Below, piece by piece: positions 8,526-19,676 of a stretch of DNA of 64,000 bases. Origin of the DNA: Armatimonadota bacterium (GTDB lineage: Bacteria > Armatimonadota > Fimbriimonadia > Fimbriimonadales > GBS-DC); NCBI GenBank assembly GCA_037444405.1, contig JBBIML010000010.1, positions 96,001 to 160,000 of the forward strand, in the 5' to 3' direction. A program made the translations under genes and the position numbers. Each line of letters starts with the position of its first letter. The first letter of the stretch is position 1. The notes under the pieces were generated by a model that worked only from the letters and a program-made list of their open reading frames with translations, had not been told where the DNA came from and did not search any database.

Positions 8526-10106
8526 ATGATGCGACGCATAGCACTGGTGCTGGGCGCTCTGCTCTGTCTGATGAGTTGGGCGCAGAACCTGCAGGCGGGC
8601 GCCGCTGCGAGCAAAATCACGCCCAGCAAGCAGGTCTATCTGGCAGGCTATTCGCCCAATCGCCCCAACACAGGGGGCGTGCATGACGACATCTGGGCGC
8701 GGGCGCTCGTGCTGCAAATCGGGCAGGAGCGAATCGCGATTGCCGTGTGCGATCTGATCGGGCTACTGCGCGACGATGTGCAGAGAATCCGCCAGCGCGT
8801 GCGCAATGTGCCGCCGAATCGAATCATCGTCGCCAGCACCCATGTGCATTCGGCTCCCGACACCATCGGGCTATGGGGTCCCCAGCCAACGGTGTCGGGG
8901 CGCGATACTGAGTATATGAACTTCCTCATCGAAACGGTTGCCCGCACCATCGATGAGGCGGCGAGCCAGCTCCAACCTGCCACGATTGGCTTCGCCAGAA
9001 CGCGCGTGGAGGGCATCTCCACCAACTATCGCGTGCGGGAGATTCTGGACACCGAAGCCGCCGTGCTTCAGGTGCGCCGTAAGGCTGACAATAAGCCCAT
9101 CGCGACCCTCACCAACTTCGCCTGCCACCCCGAAGTGCTGAACAACGACCAGCTGACCGCCGACTTCCCGAACTGGTTCTATCGCACGGTGGAGGCGCAG
9201 GGCGGCGGCGTGGCAATCTTCGTGAATGGCGCACTGGGCGGCATGGTCTCGCCCACCGAAGACCCGAACTATCAGGGCGAGAAGGGCAAAGACTGGGCAC
9301 GCGCCGAACGCATGGGAACCCTGCTCGCCACCCGAACGCTCGAAGCGGTCAAAACGATGACCTTTACCGACGATGTGGCGTTCGAACATCGGAGCCAGAC
9401 CTTTAGCGTGCCGCTGGAGAACGAACGGTTCAGGCAGGCGGTCGCGATAGGGCTCATTCCCAGGGGCGAGTCGCTGCAGAACGACACGCTGACCACCGAA
9501 GCGCACCTGTTCCGAATCGGCAACGCCGTCTTCTTCACCATGCCGGGCGAAGTGCTGCCCAACATCGGCTTCCTGCTCAAAAAACAACTGAGCGCATATG
9601 GCGACCCCGTGTTCCTGATCGGGCTGGGCAACGACGAACTGGGCTACATCCTCTGCGAAGAGGACTACTGGCTCGATCTGTACGAGTATGAGCGCAGCAT
9701 GTCGGTCGGCTCGCAGATTGGCGAGCGGCTGGTGGCGATGGCGAAACAGCTGAGCGAGGGCTGGACGCCCATCGCCAGAGGAGGTGCAGGTGTGGCATCG
9801 GTGGAAGCGGAACTGCAGAAGTACCTGTCGCGCTTCCGCCCAGAGCGAGCGGGCGCGTTGAAGGCAACCTATCGATTCGTGCTGGAGGGCGCAGGTGAAT
9901 ACTACCTGCGCATCGCCGACGGTAAAGCCACCATCAGCAAGGAGGGCAATCCTGCAGAGGCGCAGGTCACCGTCCGTGCGCCTGCCCAGGTGTTCATCGA
10001 TGTGATCACAGGCAAACGCAACGCGCTCGACGCCTACAACACGGGCGAACTGCAGGTGGAAGGCGACATCGGGCTGGCGCAGTATCTGCTCTATGTGTTC
10101 GAATAG
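8526..10106 (+). CDS. Neutral/alkaline ceramidase-like hydrolase fused to C-terminal SCP2 sterol-carrier domain
   Basis: VHDDIWARAL, STHVHSAPD, NFACHPE, PGE and GLGNDELGY motifs; C-terminus DAYNTGELQVEGDIGLA is SCP2-like. Confidence 0.75.
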   Translation: MMRRIALVLGALLCLMSWAQNLQAGAAASKITPSKQVYLAGYSPNRPNTGGVHDDIWARALVLQIGQERIAIAVCDLIGLLRDDVQRIRQRVRNVPPNRIIVASTHVHSAPDTIGLWGPQPTVSGRDTEYMNFLIETVARTIDEAASQLQPATIGFARTRVEGISTNYRVREILDTEAAVLQVRRKADNKPIATLTNFACHPEVLNNDQLTADFPNWFYRTVEAQGGGVAIFVNGALGGMVSPTEDPNYQGEKGKDWARAERMGTLLATRTLEAVKTMTFTDDVAFEHRSQTFSVPLENERFRQAVAIGLIPRGESLQNDTLTTEAHLFRIGNAVFFTMPGEVLPNIGFLLKKQLSAYGDPVFLIGLGNDELGYILCEEDYWLDLYEYERSMSVGSQIGERLVAMAKQLSEGWTPIARGGAGVASVEAELQKYLSRFRPERAGALKATYRFVLEGAGEYYLRIADGKATISKEGNPAEAQVTVRAPAQVFIDVITGKRNALDAYNTGELQVEGDIGLAQYLLYVFE

Positions 10107-10192
10107 CCCCCTCACCCGTACCCTCTCCCCCAGCGGGGGAGAGGGGTTTGGTTTCTCCCTCTCCCCAGCGGGGAGCGGGTTGGGGTGAGGGG
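10107..10192. repeat. CCCTCACCC/CCCTCTCCC...GGGAGAGGG palindromic repeat (head-to-head pair)
   Basis: CCCCTCACCCGTACCCTCTCCCCCAGCGGGGGAGAGGGG...GGGGTGAGGGG; near-identical copy at 41575. Confidence 0.85.
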
Positions 10193-10195
10193 CAT

Positions 10196-10231
10196 AAAAA
10201 ACCAGCGGGGAGCGCCATCGGCACTCCCCGC
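10196..10231 (-). terminator. Rho-independent terminator of the cold-shock gene
   Basis: Minus strand GCGGGGAGTGCCGATGGCGCTCCCCGC hairpin followed by TGGTTTTTT. Confidence 0.7.
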
Positions 10232-10258
10232 CTTCGGTCGCTCCGTCTTCAGACTGCT

Positions 10259-10459
10259 TTACTTCGGGACAACATTGCGTGCCTGCAAGCCCTTCGGTCC
10301 TTGAACAACCTCGAACTCGACCGGCTGCCCCTCGTACAGCGTCCTGTGCCCCTGCATGTTAATTGCAGTGTGATGCACAAAGACTTCACGACCGTCCTCG
10401 GCTACGATGAAGCCGTAGCCCTTCTGGTCGTTGAACCACTTTACTTTACCCGTGATCAT
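10259..10459 (-). CDS. Cold-shock protein (CspA family)
   Basis: MITGKVKWFNDQKGYGFI...VFVHHTAI...GPKGLQARNV; GGAGG RBS. Confidence 0.96.
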   Translation of the reverse strand: MITGKVKWFNDQKGYGFIVAEDGREVFVHHTAINMQGHRTLYEGQPVEFEVVQGPKGLQARNVVPK

Positions 10460-10607
10460 CACTAACCTCCTTCCGGGCGCAGACGGACGGGTGACCGCCT
10501 GTCCCGTTTGTGATACAAAGCTATTATACCCGATGCGCATCGCGATTCCTGCATTTTGTCAAGGGGTGTGCAGGATAGTCCTGATTGCCTGCCGAATCAC
10601 CTCGCTT

Positions 10608-11576
10608 ATGAGCCAGATTCGTATCGGGTTTGTGGGCACGGGCGGTATTGCGCAGGCACATTTTGACGCGCTCTCGCGAATAGAGGATGTTCAGCTGGTT
10701 GCGTTTTGCGATGTGGAGGCAGTGCGGGCGGAAGCGGCGGCGGGGCGGTTCGGTGGACGCGCCTACACCGATTGGGAGCGCATGCTGCGTGACGAATCGC
10801 TCGACGCGCTCTATGTGTGCGTGCCGCCCCATGCGCATGAGGGCATCGAGGAAAGGGCAGCGGAAAAGGGCATCCACCTGTTCGTGGAGAAGCCTGTTGC
10901 CCGCACGCTGGAACGCGCCCGCCAGGTCGAAGCCGCCATCCAGAAGGCGGGCGTGCTGAGTTGTGTTGGCTATCATTTCCGCTATTTCGGCTCGACCGAC
11001 CGCGCCCGCGAACGGCTGGAGGGGCTGCCCGTCGTGATGTCGATTGGCTACTGGCACGGCGGGATGCCCGGCGTCGGCTGGTGGCGCAAGCACGCGCTCT
11101 CAGGCGGACAGCTGATTGAGCAGACCACGCACATTGTTGACCTCGCCCGCTATCTAATGGGCGAGATTGTGCAGGTGCATGCTTATTTTGCGCAGGGTGT
11201 GGTGCCGCTGCCCCATCCCGATGGTGATGTGAGCGAGGCGGGCGTGGTCGCCCTGCGATTCGCCAGCGGCGCGGTCGGCGTCATCACTAACACCTGCGTC
11301 CTGAACACGCCCGGCGAAATCGCCCTCAAAATCTACTCGCCCGATCGGGTGCTGGAGGTCGGCTGGGGGCGACTGGTGGAGATCGAACCGAACCGCCGCG
11401 AGGAATACACCTCGCGTGATAACCCCTATCTGACCGAGAATCGCACCTTTATCGAGGCGGTTCGCACGGGCGATGGGCGCGCCATTCGCTCGCCCTACTC
11501 TGATGGCGTACGCACGCTTGCCGTTACGCTGGCGGCGGACGAATCGGCGCGCACGGGTCTGCCCGTTTCGGTATAA
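10608..11576 (+). CDS. Gfo/Idh/MocA family oxidoreductase
   Basis: IGFVGTGGIA Rossmann motif, HLFVEKP, GGQLIEQTTHIVD. Confidence 0.92.
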   Translation: MSQIRIGFVGTGGIAQAHFDALSRIEDVQLVAFCDVEAVRAEAAAGRFGGRAYTDWERMLRDESLDALYVCVPPHAHEGIEERAAEKGIHLFVEKPVARTLERARQVEAAIQKAGVLSCVGYHFRYFGSTDRARERLEGLPVVMSIGYWHGGMPGVGWWRKHALSGGQLIEQTTHIVDLARYLMGEIVQVHAYFAQGVVPLPHPDGDVSEAGVVALRFASGAVGVITNTCVLNTPGEIALKIYSPDRVLEVGWGRLVEIEPNRREEYTSRDNPYLTENRTFIEAVRTGDGRAIRSPYSDGVRTLAVTLAADESARTGLPVSV

Positions 11577-11585
11577 TTTTTGCCA

Positions 11586-12371
11586 ATGCTGCTGGCAATC
11601 GATGTGGGCAACACGCACACCGTGTTCGGCATACACGACGGCTCGGCGTGGCATGCCTGGCGTGTGCAGACGAACCCCGCCCGCACGGAGGACGAGCATT
11701 ATGTGCTGTTGCGGTCGCTGATGGCGGCGGCGGGGCTTCAGGAGCCGATTCGGGCGGTGGTGGTGGCGTCGGTCGTGCCCGCGCTGGACGACACCCTGCA
11801 ACTGCTGTGCCAGCGCTGGCTGATGTGCGAGCCGCTCTTTGTCTCGGTTCAGCTCGATCTGGGCATCGAGGTGGCTTACGAGCCGCCGACAGCGGTCGGC
11901 GCGGATCGGCTGGCGAACGCGGTGGGCGCGAAAGCGCTCTACGGCACGCCCGCGATTGTGGTCGACTTCGGCACGGCGACCACGCTCGACGCCCTCTCGC
12001 GGCAGAGCGTTTACCTGGGTGGCGCGATTTTGCCGGGTGTGGAGCTGATGCTCGAATCACTGGCGGGGCGCACGGCGCGATTGACGCGCGTATCGCTCAG
12101 CGGCGCGGTGAACCCCATCGGGCGCAACACCGCCGAGAGCCTGCGCAGCGGCACCCTGCTCGGCTCCGCCGGCGCCGTCGAATATCTGATCACTCTTTTC
12201 AAACGGGAACTGGGCGACGACGCGCAGGTGGTGGCAACAGGCGGCTTAGCCCCCCAGATCGCACCCTGCTGCTCGCAAATCCAGAAAATAGACCTCTTGC
12301 TCACCCTCGAAGGCATGCGCCAGATTTATGAGCGGAATAGCAAATCATCAGCCATCAGGGAGGCACCATGA
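11586..12371 (+). CDS. coaX: Type III pantothenate kinase
   Basis: LLAIDVGNT, VGADR, VVDFGTATT, GGAILPG, ATGG. Confidence 0.95.
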   Translation: MLLAIDVGNTHTVFGIHDGSAWHAWRVQTNPARTEDEHYVLLRSLMAAAGLQEPIRAVVVASVVPALDDTLQLLCQRWLMCEPLFVSVQLDLGIEVAYEPPTAVGADRLANAVGAKALYGTPAIVVDFGTATTLDALSRQSVYLGGAILPGVELMLESLAGRTARLTRVSLSGAVNPIGRNTAESLRSGTLLGSAGAVEYLITLFKRELGDDAQVVATGGLAPQIAPCCSQIQKIDLLLTLEGMRQIYERNSKSSAIREAP

Positions 12372-13003
12372 ACCAGGAGTTGCAGACCGTCTGGGAGACC
12401 GTACGCGAGAAGGTCAAGGAGAAGGTGACGGGGCGCAGCCTCTATCAGGCGCTGGACATGCTCACACCCATCCTGATGGAAGGCGAGACGCTGGTGCTGG
12501 GCATGCCGACCGAGCATGCGCTGCTCGCCAGCCATCTGAACGCGCCCACCGTGCGCCGCTATATGGAGCAGTTCCTGGAAGAAGCCTACGGCTTTCGACC
12601 ACAGATTGTAATTATTGAGGGCACCACTCTGCAGGACTGGCAGCTGTATCGGCGCAAGCAGGAAGAACTGCGTCGCCTGAGTGAAGCCAGCCAGCGCAAA
12701 CAGGCGAAGGAAACGCGCGCCTACACCTCGTGGGAAGGCGTCTATGAGCAGGTGGGGCGTGCCTTCGCCGCGACGCCCGCCCGCAGCCTCGCCACCAGCC
12801 GCGCCCGCTACCTGCAGGAAGCCCTCCAGATCGTGCGCGACGCGCTCAAAATCCTGCCGCTGGACGACGAGATGGACGAACGGCAGCTGAACCGCATCAT
12901 TGAACGCATCGCCACCAATGTGGACGCGCCCGCTGCGCTCATCGCCTACCTGCTGCTCTTCCCACAACAGAACCCGCTCAATGACACCCATGACCCGTCG
13001 TGA
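12368..13003 (+). CDS. Hypothetical protein with N-terminal DnaA domain I-like (KH-like) region
   Basis: GGAGG RBS and overlap with the coaX stop; N-terminal pattern VWETVREKVKEKV...EGETLVLGMP..E...FLEEAYG..PQIVII resembles DnaA_N. Confidence 0.7.
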   Translation: MNQELQTVWETVREKVKEKVTGRSLYQALDMLTPILMEGETLVLGMPTEHALLASHLNAPTVRRYMEQFLEEAYGFRPQIVIIEGTTLQDWQLYRRKQEELRRLSEASQRKQAKETRAYTSWEGVYEQVGRAFAATPARSLATSRARYLQEALQIVRDALKILPLDDEMDERQLNRIIERIATNVDAPAALIAYLLLFPQQNPLNDTHDPS

Positions 13004-14120
13004 ACGCACTCTGATCGGGCTGCTCGTCGCCACCGTGCTGATTGCCCTCCTCGCGCTGATCCGCTCCCAGCCGTGGGGACGACTCGACATCCGCTTCCTC
13101 AAGCCGAACACAAAAGACTGGATTGCCTGCATCCGCCTGAACGCCGACGGCAAAGGCGACCTGATGGTCATCAAGCCCGACGGCAGCACCCTGATGCTGA
13201 CCGAAGATGAACACGACGACGAATCGCCCGACTGGTCGCCCGACGGCACCAAAATCGCGTTCGTGTCCAATCGGCGCGAGCAGGTGTACCAGCTCTGGAC
13301 GATTGACCCCGATGGCAGGAATCTGAGCCAGTTGACGATTGGGGGCGGCGCGAAGGAGGCACCCCGCTACGACCCCGACGGCGAGCATATCCTGCATATC
13401 GCGCAGGGGCTGGTGGTCGCCATCGACCGCAAAGGCGTCCACGCCGAGCAGCTCATCCCGCGCCCTGAACAGATGGTGCAGGTGCGCGAGCAGCACGGTC
13501 AAATCGCCTTTCGGTACGCGCGGCGCGTGGTGGAAGACCTGATTGCCGCCGTGCAGATTATCGACGAGGGCGAGCAGGTGGTGCTACAGGATACCGCCCA
13601 CACCGAGTTAACGCTCGCACTGCCCGTGCTGCTGAAGGGCGATCGCGTCGATCTGGACTGGGCGCGACAGGGGCTTCAACTGGTGATTGCTGGCGCCAAC
13701 GCCGAGATGCCCACTGGAAGCAGGGGAGGCATCCTGATGGGGCTGGACTTCAGTGAGAATCGCGAGCAGCCGCAGGCAGTCCCGCTCTGGAGTTCGCTGG
13801 ACAACGCCGAAGCCGCAATTGAGCCTGTCTGGTCGCCCAATGGCTCGCGTATCGCGTTCGTGATGTGCGACCGCAAGCAGGACGGCACGCTCATACGCAA
13901 AGCGCTGATGGTCATCCCTGCCGATGGCGGCTTGCCAACAGAGATTATTAAGGGCGAGGTCTATACGCCTGACTGGGCGCCCGATGGAGAGCGGCTCGTG
14001 TTCGCGATGGGCAAGCCAGGCAGCCGCCAGATTTACACCATCCGCCTCGACGGCACCGACCTGAAACCCCTCACCCGTGACGGCGATTGTATCACCCCGC
14101 GCTGGAGTCCGAAAGAGTAG
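12981..14120 (+). CDS. TolB-like beta-propeller (PD40 repeats) membrane-anchored protein
   Basis: N-terminal TM segment; PDWSPDGTKIAFVSNR, PVWSPNGSRIAF, PDWAPDGERLVF repeats. Confidence 0.85.
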   Translation: MTPMTRRERTLIGLLVATVLIALLALIRSQPWGRLDIRFLKPNTKDWIACIRLNADGKGDLMVIKPDGSTLMLTEDEHDDESPDWSPDGTKIAFVSNRREQVYQLWTIDPDGRNLSQLTIGGGAKEAPRYDPDGEHILHIAQGLVVAIDRKGVHAEQLIPRPEQMVQVREQHGQIAFRYARRVVEDLIAAVQIIDEGEQVVLQDTAHTELTLALPVLLKGDRVDLDWARQGLQLVIAGANAEMPTGSRGGILMGLDFSENREQPQAVPLWSSLDNAEAAIEPVWSPNGSRIAFVMCDRKQDGTLIRKALMVIPADGGLPTEIIKGEVYTPDWAPDGERLVFAMGKPGSRQIYTIRLDGTDLKPLTRDGDCITPRWSPKE

Positions 14121-14158
14121 ATACTAACCCTTCGCTTCGTGTCTGCACTGCCATGTTG

Positions 14159-15085
14159 CTAACTCACCTCCCCGCGAGTGATCTGCATAAACACATCCTC
14201 CAGGTCCAGCGAGGTCTCGGTCAGGGAGATGACGCGGAATCCGTCGCGCACGATTCGGGCGAGCAGCTCCGCCTGCTCTTCCAGTCCGCCCGTGAAGTGA
14301 ACCTCCACGCAGCCGTTTTGCAGAGCGAGATGCGTGATGTGCGCGTCGCCCTCCAGATAGTTCGCCAGCGGTTCGGGGTCGTCCAGCAGGCGAATCTGCA
14401 GCACGCGCGCGGGTTGCAATTGCGCGATAATCTGCTCCACGGGTCCCCACACCAGCAGCTCGCCCTTCTCGATGATACCAATCTTATTGCAGAAGTCGGC
14501 GAGCTCGGGCAGGATGTGGGATGAGACCAGCACGATCTTGCCCATCGCGCCCAGCTCGCGGATGAGTTCTTTGATCTCGATACGGGCGCGCGGGTCCAGC
14601 CCCGACGCCGGTTCGTCCAGCAACAGCAGCAGGGGGTCATGCACCAGGCTTTTCGCCAGGCAGAGCCGCTGCTGCATCCCGCGCGAGAGCGTCTCCACAT
14701 AGGCGTCCTTCTTCACCGTGAGATCGGTCAGCTCCAGCACATTCTGGATAATCTGGGCGCGTTGCGATCGGGGGATTCGGTACGCCGCCGCGAAGAACTC
14801 CAGATATTCGGTGACAGTGATGCCCTCGTACAGCCCAAAAAAGTCGGGCATATAGCCCAGCAGCGGTCGCACCTCTTCGGGGTAGCGCACGATATCGATG
14901 CCATTCAGCGTCGCGGTGCCCGCCGTCGGCTCCAGCAGGGTCGCCAGCATCTTGATGGTGGTGGTCTTGCCCGCGCCGTTGGGTCCGATGAACCCGAACA
15001 CATCGCCGGGCATCAGCTGGAAGCTGATGTCTTTGACCGCCACCAGCGTGCCGAACTCCTTCCGCAGCGATTTGACCTCCAGCAT
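14159..15085 (-). CDS. ABC-2 type transporter ATP-binding protein
   Basis: GPNGAGKTT, LSRGMQQR, LLLDEP, SSHIL. Confidence 0.95.
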   Translation of the reverse strand: MLEVKSLRKEFGTLVAVKDISFQLMPGDVFGFIGPNGAGKTTTIKMLATLLEPTAGTATLNGIDIVRYPEEVRPLLGYMPDFFGLYEGITVTEYLEFFAAAYRIPRSQRAQIIQNVLELTDLTVKKDAYVETLSRGMQQRLCLAKSLVHDPLLLLLDEPASGLDPRARIEIKELIRELGAMGKIVLVSSHILPELADFCNKIGIIEKGELLVWGPVEQIIAQLQPARVLQIRLLDDPEPLANYLEGDAHITHLALQNGCVEVHFTGGLEEQAELLARIVRDGFRVISLTETSLDLEDVFMQITRGEVS

Positions 15086-15113
15086 GCTCCGATTGACCTC
15101 CTGCGTTGATCGC

Positions 15114-15977
15114 TCATTTGCGCCAGTGATGGCGAACGCCCTGTCGGGTCAGCAGATAGAACAGCCCCGAAAAGAGCAGATAGTAGACGCCCTGCCCCCA
15201 GCCGAACCCGTAAGCCTGCAATAACAGATATGAACCGGTGGGATCGGGATAGACGGCGGCTAACGCCACAAAGGGATTCAGCCAGAAGATACAGCGCCAG
15301 TCGAAGGGCATCTCCAGCCAAAAGAGCAGTTTCTGCCAGGTAGACGCGCCCAGCTGCATCCCTCCGGTCAGCGACATGTCGCCGCCACGCTGCGTCGCCA
15401 TCTCCAGCAGGATCATTGTCAACAGCGGCAGGAACAGCAGGGTGAACACCTGAACGCCATACAGCGTCGCGGCGCTGGCGATGCTGTGGCGCAGGCGCAA
15501 CGAGAGCCACATCCCGATGCTCACCAGCAGTACCCCCCATGCGGTCAGCATCCAGATGGCGCCCAGCCAGCCGATAAAGGGCACCGGGCGGTACATGTAC
15601 TTAACCCAGGCGATGTAGGCGATCGGGGTCAACAGCAGCACAATCACCAGCACGCCCAGCACGCGACTGAACCATTTGCCAAACACAATCTCGTCGACGG
15701 TCAGGCGCGTAATCGCCAGCGATTCCCAGGTCGCCTTCTCATATTCCATCGAAAAGAGCGCGTAGCAGCCCAGCGGCGTTAGCAGGCACAGCAACAGTAA
15801 GCCCAGTATCAGCACAATCGCGGGATCCAGTTCGTAGCGAATGGTCTGCACCAACAGGTAGAAATAGAGCATCAGCCCCAGTCCGCCGAGAATCACTGTC
15901 AGCGCGCGTTGCCGATACCAGCGCGAGCGCGACTGACCGAGCAGATGGTACCAGAAGACGGGGTTCCCACGCCACAT
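15114..15977 (-). CDS. ABC-2 type permease
   Basis: Multiple TM helices; EYEKATWESLAITRL...IVFGK motif; adjacent to the ATPase gene. Confidence 0.8.
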   Translation of the reverse strand: MWRGNPVFWYHLLGQSRSRWYRQRALTVILGGLGLMLYFYLLVQTIRYELDPAIVLILGLLLLCLLTPLGCYALFSMEYEKATWESLAITRLTVDEIVFGKWFSRVLGVLVIVLLLTPIAYIAWVKYMYRPVPFIGWLGAIWMLTAWGVLLVSIGMWLSLRLRHSIASAATLYGVQVFTLLFLPLLTMILLEMATQRGGDMSLTGGMQLGASTWQKLLFWLEMPFDWRCIFWLNPFVALAAVYPDPTGSYLLLQAYGFGWGQGVYYLLFSGLFYLLTRQGVRHHWRK

Positions 15978-15979
15978 GC

Positions 15980-17995
15980 CTATTCACCTCGCAGGGGCAG
16001 CGCGACCAGATAGGTGACTTCGGCGGCGCTTTCGAACGCGCTGCCGAGTTCAGGCGCCAGCACGGGCTGGTTCGCCCGCGCCGTCAGCAGCACGCATGGC
16101 AGCTGACCACCCCAGTGCGCGCGCAACTGACGCGCGATTTCGGGCAGCGCGGGCAGCATCGGCTCTTCAGGGGGATAGGGATAGCCAGGCGGGTATACAT
16201 TCCTTCGGCGCGGGCGCGATGGCATCCCCGGCGGCTCCACCCACTGATCCACCTTCAGCGTGCCGCCCGCCTTCAGGTTGCCCAGCGGAAGCGACTGACC
16301 CCCAATTAGCAGCTCCACCCGTTGCAAATCGTACGGCAGCCGGTTCTGAATCGTGCCGATCAGATGGAGCATGCCGCTCTCGCGGCGCACGCGCAGGCTC
16401 GACTGGACGCTGCCCGTGAGCTGAACGGGGCGCGTATATCGAAACCATTGCAGGCTTAAACTGCGCACGCGATAGCCTTCCACCCGTTTCGGCTCGATCT
16501 CCACTGTACTGACGCGCGTGGGCGCACCCACAACGCTGAATGACTGATCCTGCTGACCCCACTCCACCAGATCGCACTGATCGAACCGAAAGTCGTACAC
16601 GCCCGCCTTCGGGAAGAAGAGCTGCACGCTGTTGACCGTGTAGCCGCCTGTGTCGCCCGCGTTCATCAGCAGAACGGTTTTGATCTCCCCCGATAGCGGC
16701 TTGCGGTACAGGTCGCCCGCCAGCCGCGAGAGCAGCAGCACAAACAGCACCGCAATCACAGGCACCGTGAGCCATGACCAGTCGAGCGCCCGCAACCGTC
16801 GCAGCACCCAGTAGTTCACAGGCACGACCAGCACAAAGTAGACCAGCAGCAGACCCAGGATGAGTTCAACCGATGGCAGGCGCACCTGAAAGCGTGAGGA
16901 TGACGGCGGCGGTCTGTACGGTGTGCCATAGCCATAGTAATACCAGTTGTTCGGGTCGGAGCCTGTCTGCATGCGGAACAGGGTGGTCAGGTAGTAGCTG
17001 GGTGGCAGGTCGGGCACGCGCTGGAGCAGCGCCTGCCAGAAGGCGGGATTGCCCCCGTAGCTGCGCATCGGCTGATCCCACGGGCTGAACGCCAGAAACA
17101 CAATCGCGCCCAGCCCATAGGAGCGTGTGGCAATCAGCGGGACGCCGTTTTGCTGGAGCAGGACAGCGCTGTCGGGCGCAGGGCGGCTCAGCGTGATGCT
17201 GACTCTGCCCGCAGGCGGCTCCTGCCCGCAGAACGCGCCCACCGCCCGCAACGAGTCGAGTTCGCCCAATCCCTGCACCTGCACGGGCAGCAGCGGTTGC
17301 AACGCTGGATGCTGGAGGTAGAGCGCGCCCGCGCCGCCCGGCGCAATCAGCGTGCCGCCCAGTCGAACCCAGTTCAGCAGCGCCTGCCACTGCTCCGCGC
17401 TCATGCGCTCCGCGCCCGCGCCCAGCACAATCACGCTCACCCCACTGCAGGCAATCGCCATCGGCGGGAACAGCTCCGAACGGCAATACGCCACCTCATA
17501 AGTGCCCTCCCGTTGATAGGACGAATAGGGATACGGGCGCATGACCGACACGCGCGGACGGATTTTAATCGTGCGCAGGAACTGCATCCCGCCAATCGCA
17601 TCGCCCACGCCCACCACCAGGCGGTCTTCCTCACCAATCGGGCTCAGGGGCTGCTGCGCCTCGACCGACACGCCGGGCGCGGAAAAGCGCACCACGATGT
17701 TGAAAGAGCCGAAGCCGCCAACGATGGGGCAGGCGATAAGCCGCTTGCGCCCACCCGCAGGCAGCTCCAGCGGGTAGCGGTACTCGCGCTGATAGCTGAA
17801 GCCCTCCTGCGCGACGCTCACCACCCCCCGCAGGTTGCCACTCCGATTGCGCACCTCGATCAGCAGGGGCAACGCGCCATTAATACTCGGTCGGTTGCCG
17901 AACAGTGGTTGCACCAGCAGCTCCACTGGCTGCGCCCAGCCCATCAGCCAGACGCTCATCAAGAAGCCTGCCAACCAGCCACGCCCGGTTGCCAT
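15980..17995 (-). CDS. Large membrane-anchored hypothetical protein of the ABC module (glutamine amidotransferase-like central region possible)
   Basis: Signal peptide from ATG 17995; QWQALLNWVRLGGTL, YGLGAIVFLAF and YFVLVVPVNYWVLRR..WSWLTVP motifs. The ORF-track extension to 18451 overlaps prfA and a repeat and was trimmed. Confidence 0.7.
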   Translation of the reverse strand: MATGRGWLAGFLMSVWLMGWAQPVELLVQPLFGNRPSINGALPLLIEVRNRSGNLRGVVSVAQEGFSYQREYRYPLELPAGGRKRLIACPIVGGFGSFNIVVRFSAPGVSVEAQQPLSPIGEEDRLVVGVGDAIGGMQFLRTIKIRPRVSVMRPYPYSSYQREGTYEVAYCRSELFPPMAIACSGVSVIVLGAGAERMSAEQWQALLNWVRLGGTLIAPGGAGALYLQHPALQPLLPVQVQGLGELDSLRAVGAFCGQEPPAGRVSITLSRPAPDSAVLLQQNGVPLIATRSYGLGAIVFLAFSPWDQPMRSYGGNPAFWQALLQRVPDLPPSYYLTTLFRMQTGSDPNNWYYYGYGTPYRPPPSSSRFQVRLPSVELILGLLLVYFVLVVPVNYWVLRRLRALDWSWLTVPVIAVLFVLLLSRLAGDLYRKPLSGEIKTVLLMNAGDTGGYTVNSVQLFFPKAGVYDFRFDQCDLVEWGQQDQSFSVVGAPTRVSTVEIEPKRVEGYRVRSLSLQWFRYTRPVQLTGSVQSSLRVRRESGMLHLIGTIQNRLPYDLQRVELLIGGQSLPLGNLKAGGTLKVDQWVEPPGMPSRPRRRNVYPPGYPYPPEEPMLPALPEIARQLRAHWGGQLPCVLLTARANQPVLAPELGSAFESAAEVTYLVALPLRGE

Positions 17996-18060
17996 CCACC
18001 TCACCACTGGATAAGATTCTACCCTCCCAGCATATTCTCCTGCCTGCATCGCAACAACGA

Positions 18061-18106
18061 ATCCCCTTCCCCCCAGCGTCGGGAGAGGGGGCAAGGGGGT
18101 GAGGGC
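18061..18106. repeat. CCCTCACCC-family palindromic repeat
   Basis: CCCCTTCCCCCCAGCGTCGGGAGAGGGGGCAAGGGGGTGAGGG between divergent genes. Confidence 0.75.
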
Positions 18107-18123
18107 AAGGTACAATCTTTTCG

Positions 18124-19206
<1,083 letters not shown>

Positions 19207-19307
19207 CCCGCCCAAAAACCCCCAAAACTCACAGGTGCTGCCGTGCCGTTGTGTGGAACGATGGTACTGGCGTGAGAGGGTTCGCCTTCGCACGCAGGGA
19301 GAGAACC

Positions 19308-19673
19308 ATGCGAAATCGGAAGGCAAGCCGGCGGGGGTTCACGCTCCTGGAGATTATGGTCGTGGTATTCATTCTGGGCATCCTGATCACGATTGCGGTG
19401 CCCAGCTGGATGAACGCGCGCTCGCGAGCGCAGGCGCGCACCTGCTCCGCCAATCTGCGCCAGATTCACCAGGCGAAAGAGATGCACGCACTGGCAAATC
19501 GCCTGCCCGATGGGACACCCGTACAGATGAGCGACCTGGTGCCGCAGTATCTGCAGGCGGAGCCGTTCTGTCCTGCAGCTGGCGGCGCGGCGTACACGGT
19601 CAACCCCGTCGGCACCGCTCCCACCTGCCCCACTGGCTTGCCGAACCACACCGTCGACTGGAGAGGGGATTAG
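19308..19673 (+). CDS. Type IV pilin / pseudopilin (ComGC-like)
   Basis: RRG|FTLLEIMVVVFILGIL prepilin cleavage motif; Cys-containing C-terminus. Confidence 0.88.
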   Translation: MRNRKASRRGFTLLEIMVVVFILGILITIAVPSWMNARSRAQARTCSANLRQIHQAKEMHALANRLPDGTPVQMSDLVPQYLQAEPFCPAAGGAAYTVNPVGTAPTCPTGLPNHTVDWRGD

Positions 19674-19676
19674 CGT

